From contig OZ244621.1 of assembly GCA_965218425.1 (NCBI GenBank), positions 640,001 through 704,000 on the forward strand: 64,000 nucleotides of DNA, written 5' to 3'. Positions 40,067-50,391 of the stretch are shown piece after piece. The notes beneath the pieces were generated by a model. The model had not been told where the DNA came from and did no database searches. It was given only the letters and a program-made list of their open reading frames with translations. The position numbers and the translations under genes were made by a program. Each line of letters starts with the position of its first letter. The stretch's first letter is position 1. Source of the stretch: an uncultured Candidatus Binatia bacterium (lineage in GTDB: Bacteria > Desulfobacterota > Binatia > UBA9968 > CAXXLF01).

Positions 40067-40378
40067 CTATGGCAGCGTGCGATTCCGCCCCGCGACAATG
40101 GACTTTACCCTTAGCTCCTTCCTATGCTGCTCGGCGTGCCACAGGTCATAGCTGGATTGCATATTCATCCATAGGTCCGAACTTGTGCCCAAGGCAAGGG
40201 AAAGCCTCACAGCCATCTCGGGACTGATCCCGCTGTGCTCGTTGACAAGCTCGGAAAGCGCCTTGCGGGAAACAGCCAGACGCCTGGCCGTCTCGGTAAT
40301 GGAGATACCCAAAGGCTCAATCCACTGTCTTAGCAAAACACCGCCGGGATGAGGGGGATTATGCATTCTCATGACCAC
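40067..40378 (-). CDS. higA: HigA family antitoxin
   Basis: [27 protein letters not shown]. Confidence 0.92.
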   Translation of the reverse strand: MVMRMHNPPHPGGVLLRQWIEPLGISITETARRLAVSRKALSELVNEHSGISPEMAVRLSLALGTSSDLWMNMQSSYDLWHAEQHRKELRVKSIVAGRNRTLP

Positions 40379-40381
40379 CTC

Positions 40382-40660
40382 CTAATGATGATCCACGTAA
40401 TCAACTACTTCGGCGTGTCCGCCAATGAAACGAAAGTCCACGCTCCAGTCTTTAGCAACATGCACAGACCAAACATTCGCACCACGAGGCTCCAATAGAT
40501 GCAAACGGAAACCAGGCGCCCCCATATCCTTGGCGGACGCGGCTGGGTCCAAAGTGGCTAAAATATCCCTGAGCTTGTCGGCATGCTTGGGCTGAATGCC
40601 TTTCTTGTTGCCGGTCTCGAAAAACCTCTCTGGCCCCTTGTGCTTGAAGCCCTTAATCAC
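40382..40660 (-). CDS. higB: HigB (RelE-like) toxin
   Basis: IKGFKHKG...FFETG, GFRLHLL, WSVHV...W...FRF; upstream of higA. Confidence 0.88.
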   Translation of the reverse strand: MIKGFKHKGPERFFETGNKKGIQPKHADKLRDILATLDPAASAKDMGAPGFRLHLLEPRGANVWSVHVAKDWSVDFRFIGGHAEVVDYVDHH

Positions 40661-40773
40661 CTGACGGGTTATAACTTGTCACGTAACAGGTTACAAGTCA
40701 TTGGGACCGGGGTCGCGTTCGACGATAGCACGCCGGGAACGGCGTTTTTTGCCGGACCCGAAGGTCCGGCCTA

Positions 40774-41272
40774 TCAGCCTTTGCCGTCCGCCAGGAACCA
40801 CTGGTACGGCCGGTAGGGATAGGTCCGGTAGTACTCGTAGGACCAGGTCTTGAACTCCGGGAAGTTCTTCAGCGCGTTGTGGTGGTAGACCGGGTTCGGC
40901 GCTTGAACCGTGCCGATGAACAGCAGGTTCCCGGTCATGTTCTTTACCAGGCGGGCGCCGAGCTTGGACGATTCCGCGCTTCCGACCGGCGTCGACTGGA
41001 AGGCGTCGATGTCCTCGCTGAGCTGTATCACATAGGCCGGTGGCTTCACGCCCTTGGTCCCGCCGCTTTCGATATATTCCGCCCACAGCATGCCGGTGCG
41101 GTGCCCGAAGTAGTTCTCGAAGGGAGCGACGAACAGTTCCTTGTTGCCAAGCACGATTGCCGGCGGCGATACCCTTCATGTCCTTGAGGGTGACCGGCGG
41201 GCAGGCGGCGACCGCTACGGCGCTCGTGAGTGCGCACGCGGCGCCGGCCGCGATGGAGACGAGCTTGTTCAT
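40774..41272 (-). pseudogene. Internally deleted peptide ABC substrate-binding protein
   Basis: Signal peptide MNKLVSIAAG...AACP joined out of frame to a typical SBP C-terminus (NLLFIGTV...PYRPYQWF). Confidence 0.6.
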
Positions 41273-41520
41273 GAAACCTCCCGGGGTTGGATTGTCACGC
41301 CGGGTCGGAGGGCGCCCCCCCGGCCGGCGCGCGCCACATTGCCTTCTACCGTAACCCCCATCTCACGGGCAGCTTCGATAATCGCCGCTATCGACCTTGA
41401 TCCCGCCCGCCAACAACGGACATCCGATTTTGGGCGACAGCCCGTTGCATCTTGTATTTAACGCGCGTTCCCAAGCCGACTCACGGTAGTAACAATGGGG
41501 TTAGGTTCACTCTAAACTCA

Positions 41521-42486
41521 TCACTTGGGACCGGACACCAGCAGATCTGAAATCAATTCTTTCAGTTGTGACGAGGGCGCCTCTGCGGAAGCAAGCATGT
41601 CTCGAAGGCGTTCTCCCCTTTCGGTCTGTTCGCCTGCGATCTGAATCAGCGCTTCGAAATTACATTCTTTTTCGGACCATTCCTTGGCGCAATAAAGCTG
41701 TTCCAGCAGCTTTGAGCGAAAGTCATACGCTCGACGATAGACGCCGCTGGCCGCAACAAATTCATCAACCACATCCGGCAGTTGGTACTGCGCCGACTCA
41801 CCGTTTGCAATCCTGGTTCTCAATTCGGTCGAAGTGAGTTTCCTCAATCCCTCGGGCAAGGTGAGGGGATAAACTCGGTCCTCGTAGACCTGGTTATCCT
41901 TTTTTGCGAGCAGCTCCTTGAGTTCTTTTTCACCCAGAGGGCCGCGGTTGGCGGCAATGAGCTCTACTTCAGCGAAGAGTCCCTTCAGGGCTCTATCTCT
42001 GTCCTGGTAATAGCGATGGTCAAGGATCTGTATCACCTTATCCATTCCGACTATGCAGAATAGCCTGGCCTTGTTTCCTAAAAGTGAGCGAAACGCCCTG
42101 GCCTGCTCGAAATAGAGACCTTTGTTGACCGCAGCCACTGACGCCCAGCCAAGTTCCCCGGCGATCAGCGACAGCAGGAGCAGCCGGTCCTCTAGCGAGA
42201 GACCTTCAACCTTTTCCTTGTCAATGGTGATCCGGCTCAAGGTGAAAAAGACGTGATCCAGTTGAAAACGATCTTTAGCGCAACGGGCCAGTTCAACATG
42301 GGCCAGGGTCGGAGGATTGAACGCGCCGCAAAGGATGCCGACACGGCCGGGAGCGGAATCTTTTGAAGGCTCGACAATGACTGCCTTGGGAGCAGCCTGG
42401 GGATTGAGTCCGTCGAGAATGTCTCGAAGTTGAAAGAGACGGCTCAGGTTATAAAATTCACCGGTTTCCAAGGAAACTCGCGCCAA
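41521..42486 (-). CDS. Nucleotidyltransferase (NadD/NMNAT-like cytidylyltransferase family)
   Basis: GAFNPPTLAH, IVGMDK, LTSTELR. Confidence 0.8.
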   Translation of the reverse strand: MARVSLETGEFYNLSRLFQLRDILDGLNPQAAPKAVIVEPSKDSAPGRVGILCGAFNPPTLAHVELARCAKDRFQLDHVFFTLSRITIDKEKVEGLSLEDRLLLLSLIAGELGWASVAAVNKGLYFEQARAFRSLLGNKARLFCIVGMDKVIQILDHRYYQDRDRALKGLFAEVELIAANRGPLGEKELKELLAKKDNQVYEDRVYPLTLPEGLRKLTSTELRTRIANGESAQYQLPDVVDEFVAASGVYRRAYDFRSKLLEQLYCAKEWSEKECNFEALIQIAGEQTERGERLRDMLASAEAPSSQLKELISDLLVSGPK

Positions 42487-42494
42487 ACGGTTGG

Positions 42495-44828
42495 TTAGTT
42501 TCCTTTGGCTTTCGTCGCCTTGCCCTGGGCTTTTTCTTTTTCCTGCAAGGCACGCCAGATCTTTGGAGGAGAAAGGGGAAGATCGTGTATCCGTACGCCG
42601 ACGGCGTCCGCCACCGCGCTTGCCACCGCCGCGGCAACCGGAAGAACCCCCCCCTCTCCCATGCCCTTGGCGCCAAAGGGTCCCGGGCCATTGCCGTTCT
42701 CTATTAGATGAGAAGAGAAGCTCTCCGGAAGGTCGCCAAAGGTAGGCACGCGGTAATCGATCAGGTTGGGGTTCAGCAACTGTCCATCCTCATTATACTT
42801 CATCTCTTCAAAGATCGTATGACCAAGGGCCATGATGACGCCGCCCTCGTCCTGCCCCTCACACTGAAGCGGGTTGATGGCTTTTCCCACGTCGGATGCG
42901 GAAACGTACTTGAGTATCCGAATGACCCCCGTATCAGGATCCACTTCCACTTCGGCGCCGCCCCAACCGACTTCCCAAAAGGTGGTAGGGGAACCCAGGA
43001 TCGATTTCTTGCTTTTCTTATCCCGGTAGATCCCTCTCCCCACGATCCCTCCCCCACCGCTGCCGTAATATTCGAGAATCGCCTGGCTATATGGCAGCGC
43101 GCGACCCTTGGGGGCATAGACCTTGCCGTCCTTGAGGGTGAGTCGATCCGCCTTCACCCCCAAAACCTTCGCCCCGGCGCGGAGGAGTTGTTTCTTCACA
43201 TCCTGCGCGGCGCGCTGCACGGCCAGTCCCATAACCGTCATGGAACTGCTGGCGCTGGTGGAAACGTCATAGGGAGTGACGTTGGTATCCAACTCCGCCA
43301 CCGATACCCGGTCCAAGCTCACGGCTAACTCCTCGGCCGCCACCTGGCTCAGTGCCGTGCGGGAGCCCTGCCCCATCTCCACCGTAGCCGTCTCCACCAC
43401 GACGCTGCCGTCTGCAAACATTCTTACGGCCGCCTCTGCAACCTTATAGGTCCCGCCGCCGTCTTTGATGCAGCAGCTCAATCCTTTGCCGGTATTCGGC
43501 CTCGACGGTTTCCGCTTCCAGTCCAGGGCCTCCGCGATCTTCAGCAGACCTTCCTCGAGATCGCAGTCCACGGGCGAATCACCGGGGGTATAGGCCTCGC
43601 CTTTTTTAAGAAGGTTTTTGACGCGAAGCTCAAGGCGATCGATACCCAGCCGTTCGGCAATCAGATCCATTTGCGATTCGTAGGCCCAGGTGACCTGAAC
43701 CGCGCCAAATCCCCTGAAGGCGCCGGCCGGCACGGTGTTGGTATATACCCCGTGGGCATCCACCTTTGTGCGAGGAACACGATAGGGACCCAGGGAGCGA
43801 TAGCCGGCCTTTTGCGTAACCCTCGGACCGGCGTCCGCGTAGGCGCCGGTATCCATGTAAATCTCGCACTCCCTGGCGGTAAGACGCCCGTCTTTGTTCA
43901 CTCCGGTCTTGATCCGGACACGGGCCGGATGGCGTGTGACCGTCTTGAAGCTCTCCCCAACCGAGAGTGCGATTTTCACCGGGCGTCCGGTTTTCCACGA
44001 CAACGCCGCGGCGATGGGCTCCGTCTTGACATAGAGCTTGCCGCCGTAGGCCCCGCCCACCAGGGGAACCACGACCCGGACCCGGCTAAGGGGAAGCTTG
44101 AAGATTCCCGCAAGATGCTCGCGCAGCGTAAAGGGATCCTGACAGGAGGTCCATACGGTCAGTTGGCCCGCATCGAAATGGGCAAGGGTGGAGTGAGTTT
44201 CCATAGAAAAGTGCTGGACCTTGGCAAAGCGGAAGGTGTCTTCATAGACATAGTCGGAATTTTTGAAGCCATCCTCGACGTCCCCGCGACTGTAGCCGAA
44301 ATGGTAACAGACGTTGGTGCCTTTGAACCTTGGGGGCGCGCCGTACTTTGACCCTCGGAGTTCGGCTTTGACCGACTCGGTCTCGTGGACCAGCGGCGCG
44401 CCGGGAGCAAGCGCTTCATCGATAGTGGTTATATTAGGAAGGTCTTCATACTCCACATCGATCTGCGCCAAAGCTTCCTCCGCCACCGCCTCATCCGTTG
44501 CGAGCACGGCAGCCAGGGGATCCCCCACGAACCTCACCTTGTCCACCGCCACGACGGACTGATCCTTGTAGGTAGCCCCGTAGCGGTGATTCAGATCGGC
44601 AAGGTCGTCCCGGGTCAGCACCGTGATCACCCCGGGAAGGCTCTCCGCCTTGCTGGTGTCGATCCGGACCAACCTTGCATGGGGCACAGGGCTGCGTAAT
44701 ACCTTCCCGTAGGCCATGCCGGGCAGATCCAAATCCCCCGTGTATCGGGCCAATCCGTTCACCTTATCCACTCCATCCAGACGTGGGACATCATGGCCAG
44801 CAATCTTGAGGGTTTGCTTTGTTCTCAT
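42495..44828 (-). CDS. Xanthine dehydrogenase family molybdopterin-binding subunit
   Basis: LRSPVPHA, VGGAYGGK, AFRGFG, EMGQG, GAKGMGEG. Confidence 0.92.
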   Translation of the reverse strand: MRTKQTLKIAGHDVPRLDGVDKVNGLARYTGDLDLPGMAYGKVLRSPVPHARLVRIDTSKAESLPGVITVLTRDDLADLNHRYGATYKDQSVVAVDKVRFVGDPLAAVLATDEAVAEEALAQIDVEYEDLPNITTIDEALAPGAPLVHETESVKAELRGSKYGAPPRFKGTNVCYHFGYSRGDVEDGFKNSDYVYEDTFRFAKVQHFSMETHSTLAHFDAGQLTVWTSCQDPFTLREHLAGIFKLPLSRVRVVVPLVGGAYGGKLYVKTEPIAAALSWKTGRPVKIALSVGESFKTVTRHPARVRIKTGVNKDGRLTARECEIYMDTGAYADAGPRVTQKAGYRSLGPYRVPRTKVDAHGVYTNTVPAGAFRGFGAVQVTWAYESQMDLIAERLGIDRLELRVKNLLKKGEAYTPGDSPVDCDLEEGLLKIAEALDWKRKPSRPNTGKGLSCCIKDGGGTYKVAEAAVRMFADGSVVVETATVEMGQGSRTALSQVAAEELAVSLDRVSVAELDTNVTPYDVSTSASSSMTVMGLAVQRAAQDVKKQLLRAGAKVLGVKADRLTLKDGKVYAPKGRALPYSQAILEYYGSGGGGIVGRGIYRDKKSKKSILGSPTTFWEVGWGGAEVEVDPDTGVIRILKYVSASDVGKAINPLQCEGQDEGGVIMALGHTIFEEMKYNEDGQLLNPNLIDYRVPTFGDLPESFSSHLIENGNGPGPFGAKGMGEGGVLPVAAAVASAVADAVGVRIHDLPLSPPKIWRALQEKEKAQGKATKAKGN

Positions 44829-44860
44829 GGCTTGTTGCTAAAAGAATTCAATTAGATTTG

Positions 44861-44943
44861 TCGCGCCAGGACGCTAAGCTCGCAAAAGATAATATGATCC
44901 TAAATTCTCCGAACTTGGCGTCCTTTGCGTTTTTGCGTGAGAC
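44861..44943. repeat. REP-like imperfect palindrome
   Basis: CGCGCCAGGACGCTAAG ... CTTGGCGTCCTTTGCG ... TTGCGTGAGA inverted arms in an intergenic position. Confidence 0.5.
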
Positions 44944-44950
44944 ATTTTCT

Positions 44951-45097
44951 TTATCGGCGAATTTTCGGGCTGTCCTTCTCGGGAAAGTACCTGTCACAGA
45001 ACGGGCAGTGAAATTCCATGCCCGAGCCCAGCATATGGGGATGAGCAACAAATAATTTAGCGCACTTTGGACATGTGACTTCTATGGCCTGTCCCAT
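44951..45097 (-). CDS. 48-aa zinc-ribbon microprotein
   Basis: MGQAIEVTCPKCAKLFVAHPHMLGSGMEFHCPFCDRYFPEKDSPKIRR; RBS GAGGTG; too short for the ORF track. Confidence 0.7.
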   Translation of the reverse strand: MGQAIEVTCPKCAKLFVAHPHMLGSGMEFHCPFCDRYFPEKDSPKIRR

Positions 45098-45212
45098 GGT
45101 TCACCTCGTTATTCCTGTACCCGCAATTCGCATGATCGTCAACTGCTGACAGCCTCCCGACCTATGCCTTCGTCATTCGAACATACTATTCAACAGATAA
45201 CCGATATCCAAA

Positions 45213-46658
45213 CTATCCCCAGTAAGTTGTCCTGTCGAGGGGAATATGCCGCAACACCTCCCCGGGAATAAAATCCTCCAGCTTAACCCGTTCCATGGCG
45301 TCCTCAGGACACTTCGATACCTGGGAATAGGGATGATCCAGGGGACGGGTGGCGTCGATAATCATGCCGGATGTCTTGATCTCATCGACTAACGACGGAT
45401 CGAGGAAGTTGCCGCGAAACAGGGGTTGCAGGATGGAGACCTGCAGATGGGGTTGAACCCGGGTGGCCAGGGCCCACAGGATCTCCGTTGGATTGAAGAT
45501 GTCGATGTCGTCGTCAAACACGAATACGTTTTTTGCGTGGTCGAAAGTCATAGCCGCCGCGGCGGCACGGCCGGGGTCCCCCTCGGACATTTTTTTCATG
45601 GCAATAAAAATATTGTACCCGGCATGACGACCCATCTTGCAAACGGCCGTAACCCCCGGGACCGCCTCACGACAGCGGCGGAGATAGGCTCCTTCCCGGG
45701 GCAGATCCATCCACGGCTTGTCGCCTTCCGGTGTAATGACGGATTGATACATGGCCCCCTTGCGGTAATTAATCGCTCGCACCTCATAGTGGACGCAGGT
45801 GGTGTATCGTTGGGGCCCGAGGTATCCCGTCCACTCCCCAAAGGGCCCTTCCACCACGCGTTTGCCCGGGACAAGGGCGCCTTCAATTACAATTTCGGCA
45901 TCGGCGGGAATAAGCAGGTCCTCGCCAAAAGTCTCCGATGGCGTTAGACGCAGGGGTTCTTGAAAATAGCCGCCGATCACGTCGAACTCGCTCACCTCGA
46001 AAGGCCCGGTGTAACAGGCCCCCATATGATAGGCGGGGTGGTGGCCGAGAACCGTAGCCACCGGACATTCGAGTTTATTGTCCTCGTAATCCCGAAAGAT
46101 CCTCCACATGTGCCGGGGGGAAGCGTACAACGCGGTGGTGTTCTTCGACTTCACCTCGATTCGATGATAGGAGCAGTTATAGATGCCTGATCCTCGGTCC
46201 TTGGTGATGCTGGACAAAGTGATATAGGGCCCGCCGTCCATATAGTGGTGGCGCATAATCGGCAACTGGAACAAGTCCACCTCTTTGCCCGCCTTCACCA
46301 CTTCCTTGACCGGCGCTTCTTTTTTATCCACCACTACCGGCGGAATACGCTTTTCTTCTCGCTCCAAACAGATCCGGGCCATCTCCGCCCTGCTCTTTTC
46401 TTTGGAGAGACCCAGGGCGACCTGGGTCTTGCGCTGGGAGATCTCGCAGTTCATGACCAATTTAAACTCGCTTGCCTTTCCGTCCAGACCCAGAGCATGA
46501 TCGAACACCAGAATGGGAAACTTCTTCATCTCATCGAGGTGTTTGATGATGGCGGTCACATCGTAATGGGCCGGGTCCACCTTTTTATCGATCTGGACGA
46601 TCTCGTTGGGGATCTCCCTACGGCAGTCATCCAGGAAGGTCTGTAAACTCTTGGCCAT
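45213..46658 (-). CDS. UbiD family (prFMN-dependent) decarboxylase
   Basis: DGGPY, YNCSYHR, PADAEIVIEG, EGPFGEWTGY, DDDIDIFN..ILWALATR. Confidence 0.9.
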   Translation of the reverse strand: MAKSLQTFLDDCRREIPNEIVQIDKKVDPAHYDVTAIIKHLDEMKKFPILVFDHALGLDGKASEFKLVMNCEISQRKTQVALGLSKEKSRAEMARICLEREEKRIPPVVVDKKEAPVKEVVKAGKEVDLFQLPIMRHHYMDGGPYITLSSITKDRGSGIYNCSYHRIEVKSKNTTALYASPRHMWRIFRDYEDNKLECPVATVLGHHPAYHMGACYTGPFEVSEFDVIGGYFQEPLRLTPSETFGEDLLIPADAEIVIEGALVPGKRVVEGPFGEWTGYLGPQRYTTCVHYEVRAINYRKGAMYQSVITPEGDKPWMDLPREGAYLRRCREAVPGVTAVCKMGRHAGYNIFIAMKKMSEGDPGRAAAAAMTFDHAKNVFVFDDDIDIFNPTEILWALATRVQPHLQVSILQPLFRGNFLDPSLVDEIKTSGMIIDATRPLDHPYSQVSKCPEDAMERVKLEDFIPGEVLRHIPLDRTTYWG

Positions 46659-46984
46659 GAATCCTCCTCACTTGAATCATCTCCGTAAGTTAGGAGATGA
46701 GGAGCATGCAAAGTACTTATCGGGAACCCCTTTCCTTGTCAACGAACGCGCGAACACATTCAACCTTGAAAGCACTGACCGACCTGGGGAGCGGCCGTCC
46801 TCGGCAAGCGGGTGTTGAGGACCGAGTGGGAAAAACTCTGTCCTCGGTCCTGATTTGCCGATGGCTGAGAGCTGATGGCCATCTGTTGAGCTTCCCGCCG
46901 AGGGGCCGGTGAAGCGAGGGGATGGGAGGTTCCACTCATGGTTCGCCTTGAACAAGAAGGTGAGCGGGATTAAAATAACGAATC

Positions 46985-48583
46985 TTGCGACTCTCATTCA
47001 AATCGTACGGAGCAACCACCCTTGCCCTTTGCGCGCTCTTGATCCTTGGGTCTTGCACCTCTCCCCCGGAACAGGCTCGCGAAACCGTTTTTCGAGTCAA
47101 TCTAGGCACTGAACCCCCCAGCCTGGACTGGTCTCGGGCCACGGATCACGTCTCTTTCAACGTCGTGGTCAACTTGATGGTGGGCCTTACGGAGTTCGAC
47201 ATTGATTTGAGGCCTTCTCCCATGGTGGCATTGTCCTGGGAGGTTCTCGACGACGGGAAAAGACTTCTCTTTCATCTGCGGGACGACGTCCGCTGGAGCG
47301 ACGGCGAGCCCGTTCGCGCCCGGGATTTCGTCTATTCGTGGCGGCGGCTGCTGAATCCCGAAACCGCCTCCGAATACGCCTACATCCTTTTCGACATCGT
47401 AAACGCGGAGGAGTTCAACCAGGGCGAGGTCAAAAACCCGACCCGGGTGGGCGTGCGAGCCCTTGACGAGCGGACCCTGGAGGTTCGGCTCAAGAACCCG
47501 GCGCCCTACTTTCTTGCCATCACAACCTTCGAGGTTACCTTCCCACAACGTCAGGACGTGGTGGAAAAATTCGGCGACCGCTGGACAGATCCGGCCAACA
47601 TCGTCACCAACGGTCCCTTTCTGCTGGAATCCTGGAAGCATGAAAACGAGATCGAGCTCAGGGCCAACCCGGATTTTTACCTGGGCAAGCCCGCCATCGA
47701 TCGAGTCCGGATGGCCATGGTCAATGAGAAAACCACCGGCCTGGCCATGTACGAGAGAGACCAACTGGACTTTATCGACAACAAGAGTATCCCCATCTTC
47801 GAAAAACGACGCATCGCTCGACGCCCCGGCTACAAGGTCGTACCCCAGCTGAGGGGTTACTATTACGGCTTCGCCACTAACCGAAAACCCTTCGACGACG
47901 TGCGGGTCCGACAGGCCTTTGCCCTGGCCATCGACGCGCGGGTCTTTCCCAAAGTTCTCCACGGGGGAGAGCAGCCGACTAAATCCTGGATTCCACCCGG
48001 TATGCTCGCGTACAACAAGGAAATCGGCCTCTCGTTCAACCCCTCGGAAGCGAAACGCCTGTTAGCGGAAGCCGGTTACCCCAACGGTCGGGGTTTTCCG
48101 GAGACCACCCTGGGATACAACACCGATGAGACCCACAAGACGGTGGCTGAAGCGATCCAGGGCATGTGGAAGAAAAACCTCGGCGTGCTGGTTCGACTGG
48201 ACAATCAGGAATGGAAGGTCTATCTCAGCAGGCTCCTCCGAGACCCGCCCCATATATTTCGTCTGGGTTGGGGCGCCGATTATCCCGATCCCAACAACTT
48301 CATGAACCTCTTTACCTCCAATAGCGGGAACAACAACACCCGGTGGAAAAGCAAGCGCTACGACGAGCTGGTGGAGCGAGCGGCGCGGGAATTGGATGAC
48401 AAAAAACGGCTTGAGCTTTACAACGAGGCACAGCGCATTCTCTGCGAAACCGAGGTTCCCATCGTCCCCCTGTTCGTCACCACGGAAGCAACCATATTAA
48501 ACCCGCGCTTCACGGGTCTAGAATTTAATTCCATGGCGCGTCTCATGCTTCGTGACGTGCGCCTCAAGGAACCGTCGACCTGA
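46985..48583 (+). CDS. oppA: Oligopeptide ABC transporter substrate-binding lipoprotein
   Basis: Lipobox LGSC, EPPSLD, WSDGEPV.ARDF, GWGADYPDP. Confidence 0.88.
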   Translation: MRLSFKSYGATTLALCALLILGSCTSPPEQARETVFRVNLGTEPPSLDWSRATDHVSFNVVVNLMVGLTEFDIDLRPSPMVALSWEVLDDGKRLLFHLRDDVRWSDGEPVRARDFVYSWRRLLNPETASEYAYILFDIVNAEEFNQGEVKNPTRVGVRALDERTLEVRLKNPAPYFLAITTFEVTFPQRQDVVEKFGDRWTDPANIVTNGPFLLESWKHENEIELRANPDFYLGKPAIDRVRMAMVNEKTTGLAMYERDQLDFIDNKSIPIFEKRRIARRPGYKVVPQLRGYYYGFATNRKPFDDVRVRQAFALAIDARVFPKVLHGGEQPTKSWIPPGMLAYNKEIGLSFNPSEAKRLLAEAGYPNGRGFPETTLGYNTDETHKTVAEAIQGMWKKNLGVLVRLDNQEWKVYLSRLLRDPPHIFRLGWGADYPDPNNFMNLFTSNSGNNNTRWKSKRYDELVERAARELDDKKRLELYNEAQRILCETEVPIVPLFVTTEATILNPRFTGLEFNSMARLMLRDVRLKEPST

Positions 48584-48587
48584 CCCC

Positions 48588-49505
48588 ATGGGTCGCTTTA
48601 TCCTCAAGCGCGTTTCCCACGGTCTCGCCGTTCTGTGGGCGGTGGCGACCCTGACCTTCATCCTCATGCACGTCACGCCCGGCGGGCCCTTTGATCGCGA
48701 GCAACGCCTTCCGCCCCAGGTGATGGCCAATCTGCATGCCAAGTACCACCTGGACCAGCCCCTGTGGAACCAGTACCTGCTCTACTTGAAAGGGCTCATT
48801 CGAGGTGATCTGGGCCCCTCCTACAAGTACCTTCATCGAACCGTGGCAGACATCGTGAGCTCCACCCTCCCCGTCTCCGCTCTGCTGGGATTTTTGGCCC
48901 TGGTCTTCGCCATCATGGTTTCATTGCCCACCGGCCTGCTGGCGGCCTGCTACCACAACTCTTGGGCGGACCGGTGGTGTTTGTTGCTGGCGACCCTCGG
49001 CATTTCGCTACCCAACTTCATCTTAGGGGCCCTTCTCATCTGGTTTTTTTCTCTGCAAATGGGCTGGTTTCAGGCGGGGCGGTGGGGTTCAGCGGATAGT
49101 ATGGTGCTACCGACCATAACCCTTGGCGCGGCCCCCGCGGCGTATCTATCCTATCTCCTTCGTTCTACCTTGATCGAGACCCTTGGCGAGGATTTCATCC
49201 GAACCGCCCGGGCCAAGGGCCTCAAGGAGACGGTGGTCCTCTTCAAGCATGCCCTGCGCAATTCCATCAATCCCGTGCTGACTGTCATGGGTCCTCTCCT
49301 CGCGGTCCTGGTCACGGGCTCCTTTGTGGTTGAGTTCGTTTTTGCCATTCCGGGAATGGGCCGGTTTTTTATTTCCGCGGTAACTGACCGCGATTATCCC
49401 ATGATCATGGGCGTCACCCTGGTTTATAGCGCGCTTCTGGTAGGCGCTAATTTAGCCGTTGACCTGCTCTACTCGGCCACTGATCCCAGGATCAAGTACC
49501 GTTGA
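48588..49505 (+). CDS. oppB: Oligopeptide ABC transporter permease
   Basis: PGGPFD, GDLGPSY, DFIRTARAKGL, FAIPGMG. Confidence 0.9.
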   Translation: MGRFILKRVSHGLAVLWAVATLTFILMHVTPGGPFDREQRLPPQVMANLHAKYHLDQPLWNQYLLYLKGLIRGDLGPSYKYLHRTVADIVSSTLPVSALLGFLALVFAIMVSLPTGLLAACYHNSWADRWCLLLATLGISLPNFILGALLIWFFSLQMGWFQAGRWGSADSMVLPTITLGAAPAAYLSYLLRSTLIETLGEDFIRTARAKGLKETVVLFKHALRNSINPVLTVMGPLLAVLVTGSFVVEFVFAIPGMGRFFISAVTDRDYPMIMGVTLVYSALLVGANLAVDLLYSATDPRIKYR

Positions 49506-49515
49506 AGTGCCTCTT

Positions 49516-50379
49516 ATGGAATCGGCTAAAGGGTTATTGGCTATATGGAAGAGGCTCTGCCGGAATCAAACAGCCATGTGGAGCCTCGCCTTCATTGTGC
49601 TGGTGGTAATGGGGAGCTCCCTGGTTTCTCTGCTCTCTCCCTATAGTCCCGGAGGGCTGGATGAGGCCCACATTTTGGAGCGACCCAGCCTGAGCCATTG
49701 GATGGGAACAGACGGGTTGGGAAGGGACCTTTTGACCCGTATCCTGTACGGTGCGCGAGTCTCCCTCGCCGTCGGAGTGGGCACAACACTGCTGGCCCTC
49801 ATCATTGGAACGGCTTACGGCCTGGTTTCCGGCTACTCCGGGCCGCGTGTGGACAGCTTTCTCATGCGGATAGTCGATATCTTCTATAGTCTGCCCGATC
49901 TGCTGGTTTTCATTCTCTTATCGCTGGTTCTGGGGCGGAACGTCATCGGTCTCCTGGTCTCCCTGGGACTCGTGACCTGGGTGAGGTTTGCCCGAATTAC
50001 CAGGGGAGAGGTCCTACAGGTTAAGGAGTCCGTTTATGTCGAAGGGGCCAGAGCCATTGGCGCAAGCCACCCCAGAATCGTCCTGCGGCATATTCTACCC
50101 AACATCATGGGTCCCATTCTGGTGACCCTGACCTTTATGATCCCGGGGGTAATCCTCGCGGAATCCACTCTCAGCTTTATCGGTTTAGGGATTAACGACC
50201 CCTATGGGAACTGGGGAACTAGTTGGGGAACTCTGGCTCAGGACGGCTGGCGCGCCATGCGAACCTATCCTCATGTTATCTTCTTTCCGGCAATGGCAAT
50301 CTTCCTGACCATCCTGTCCTTCAACTTCCTGGGAAACACCCTCAGGGATGCCATGGACCCGAAGGATAGGATGAGGTAA
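49516..50379 (+). CDS. oppC: Oligopeptide ABC transporter permease
   Basis: HWMGTDGLGRD, GARVSL, RHILPN, LRDAMDP. Confidence 0.9.
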   Translation: MESAKGLLAIWKRLCRNQTAMWSLAFIVLVVMGSSLVSLLSPYSPGGLDEAHILERPSLSHWMGTDGLGRDLLTRILYGARVSLAVGVGTTLLALIIGTAYGLVSGYSGPRVDSFLMRIVDIFYSLPDLLVFILLSLVLGRNVIGLLVSLGLVTWVRFARITRGEVLQVKESVYVEGARAIGASHPRIVLRHILPNIMGPILVTLTFMIPGVILAESTLSFIGLGINDPYGNWGTSWGTLAQDGWRAMRTYPHVIFFPAMAIFLTILSFNFLGNTLRDAMDPKDRMR

Positions 50380-50391
50380 TGGCCCTCACTT

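Noticed and set aside
48578..48587. CCTGACCCC between oppA and oppB as a junction motif
   Set aside because: It includes the oppA stop codon within an intact operon; probably coincidental.
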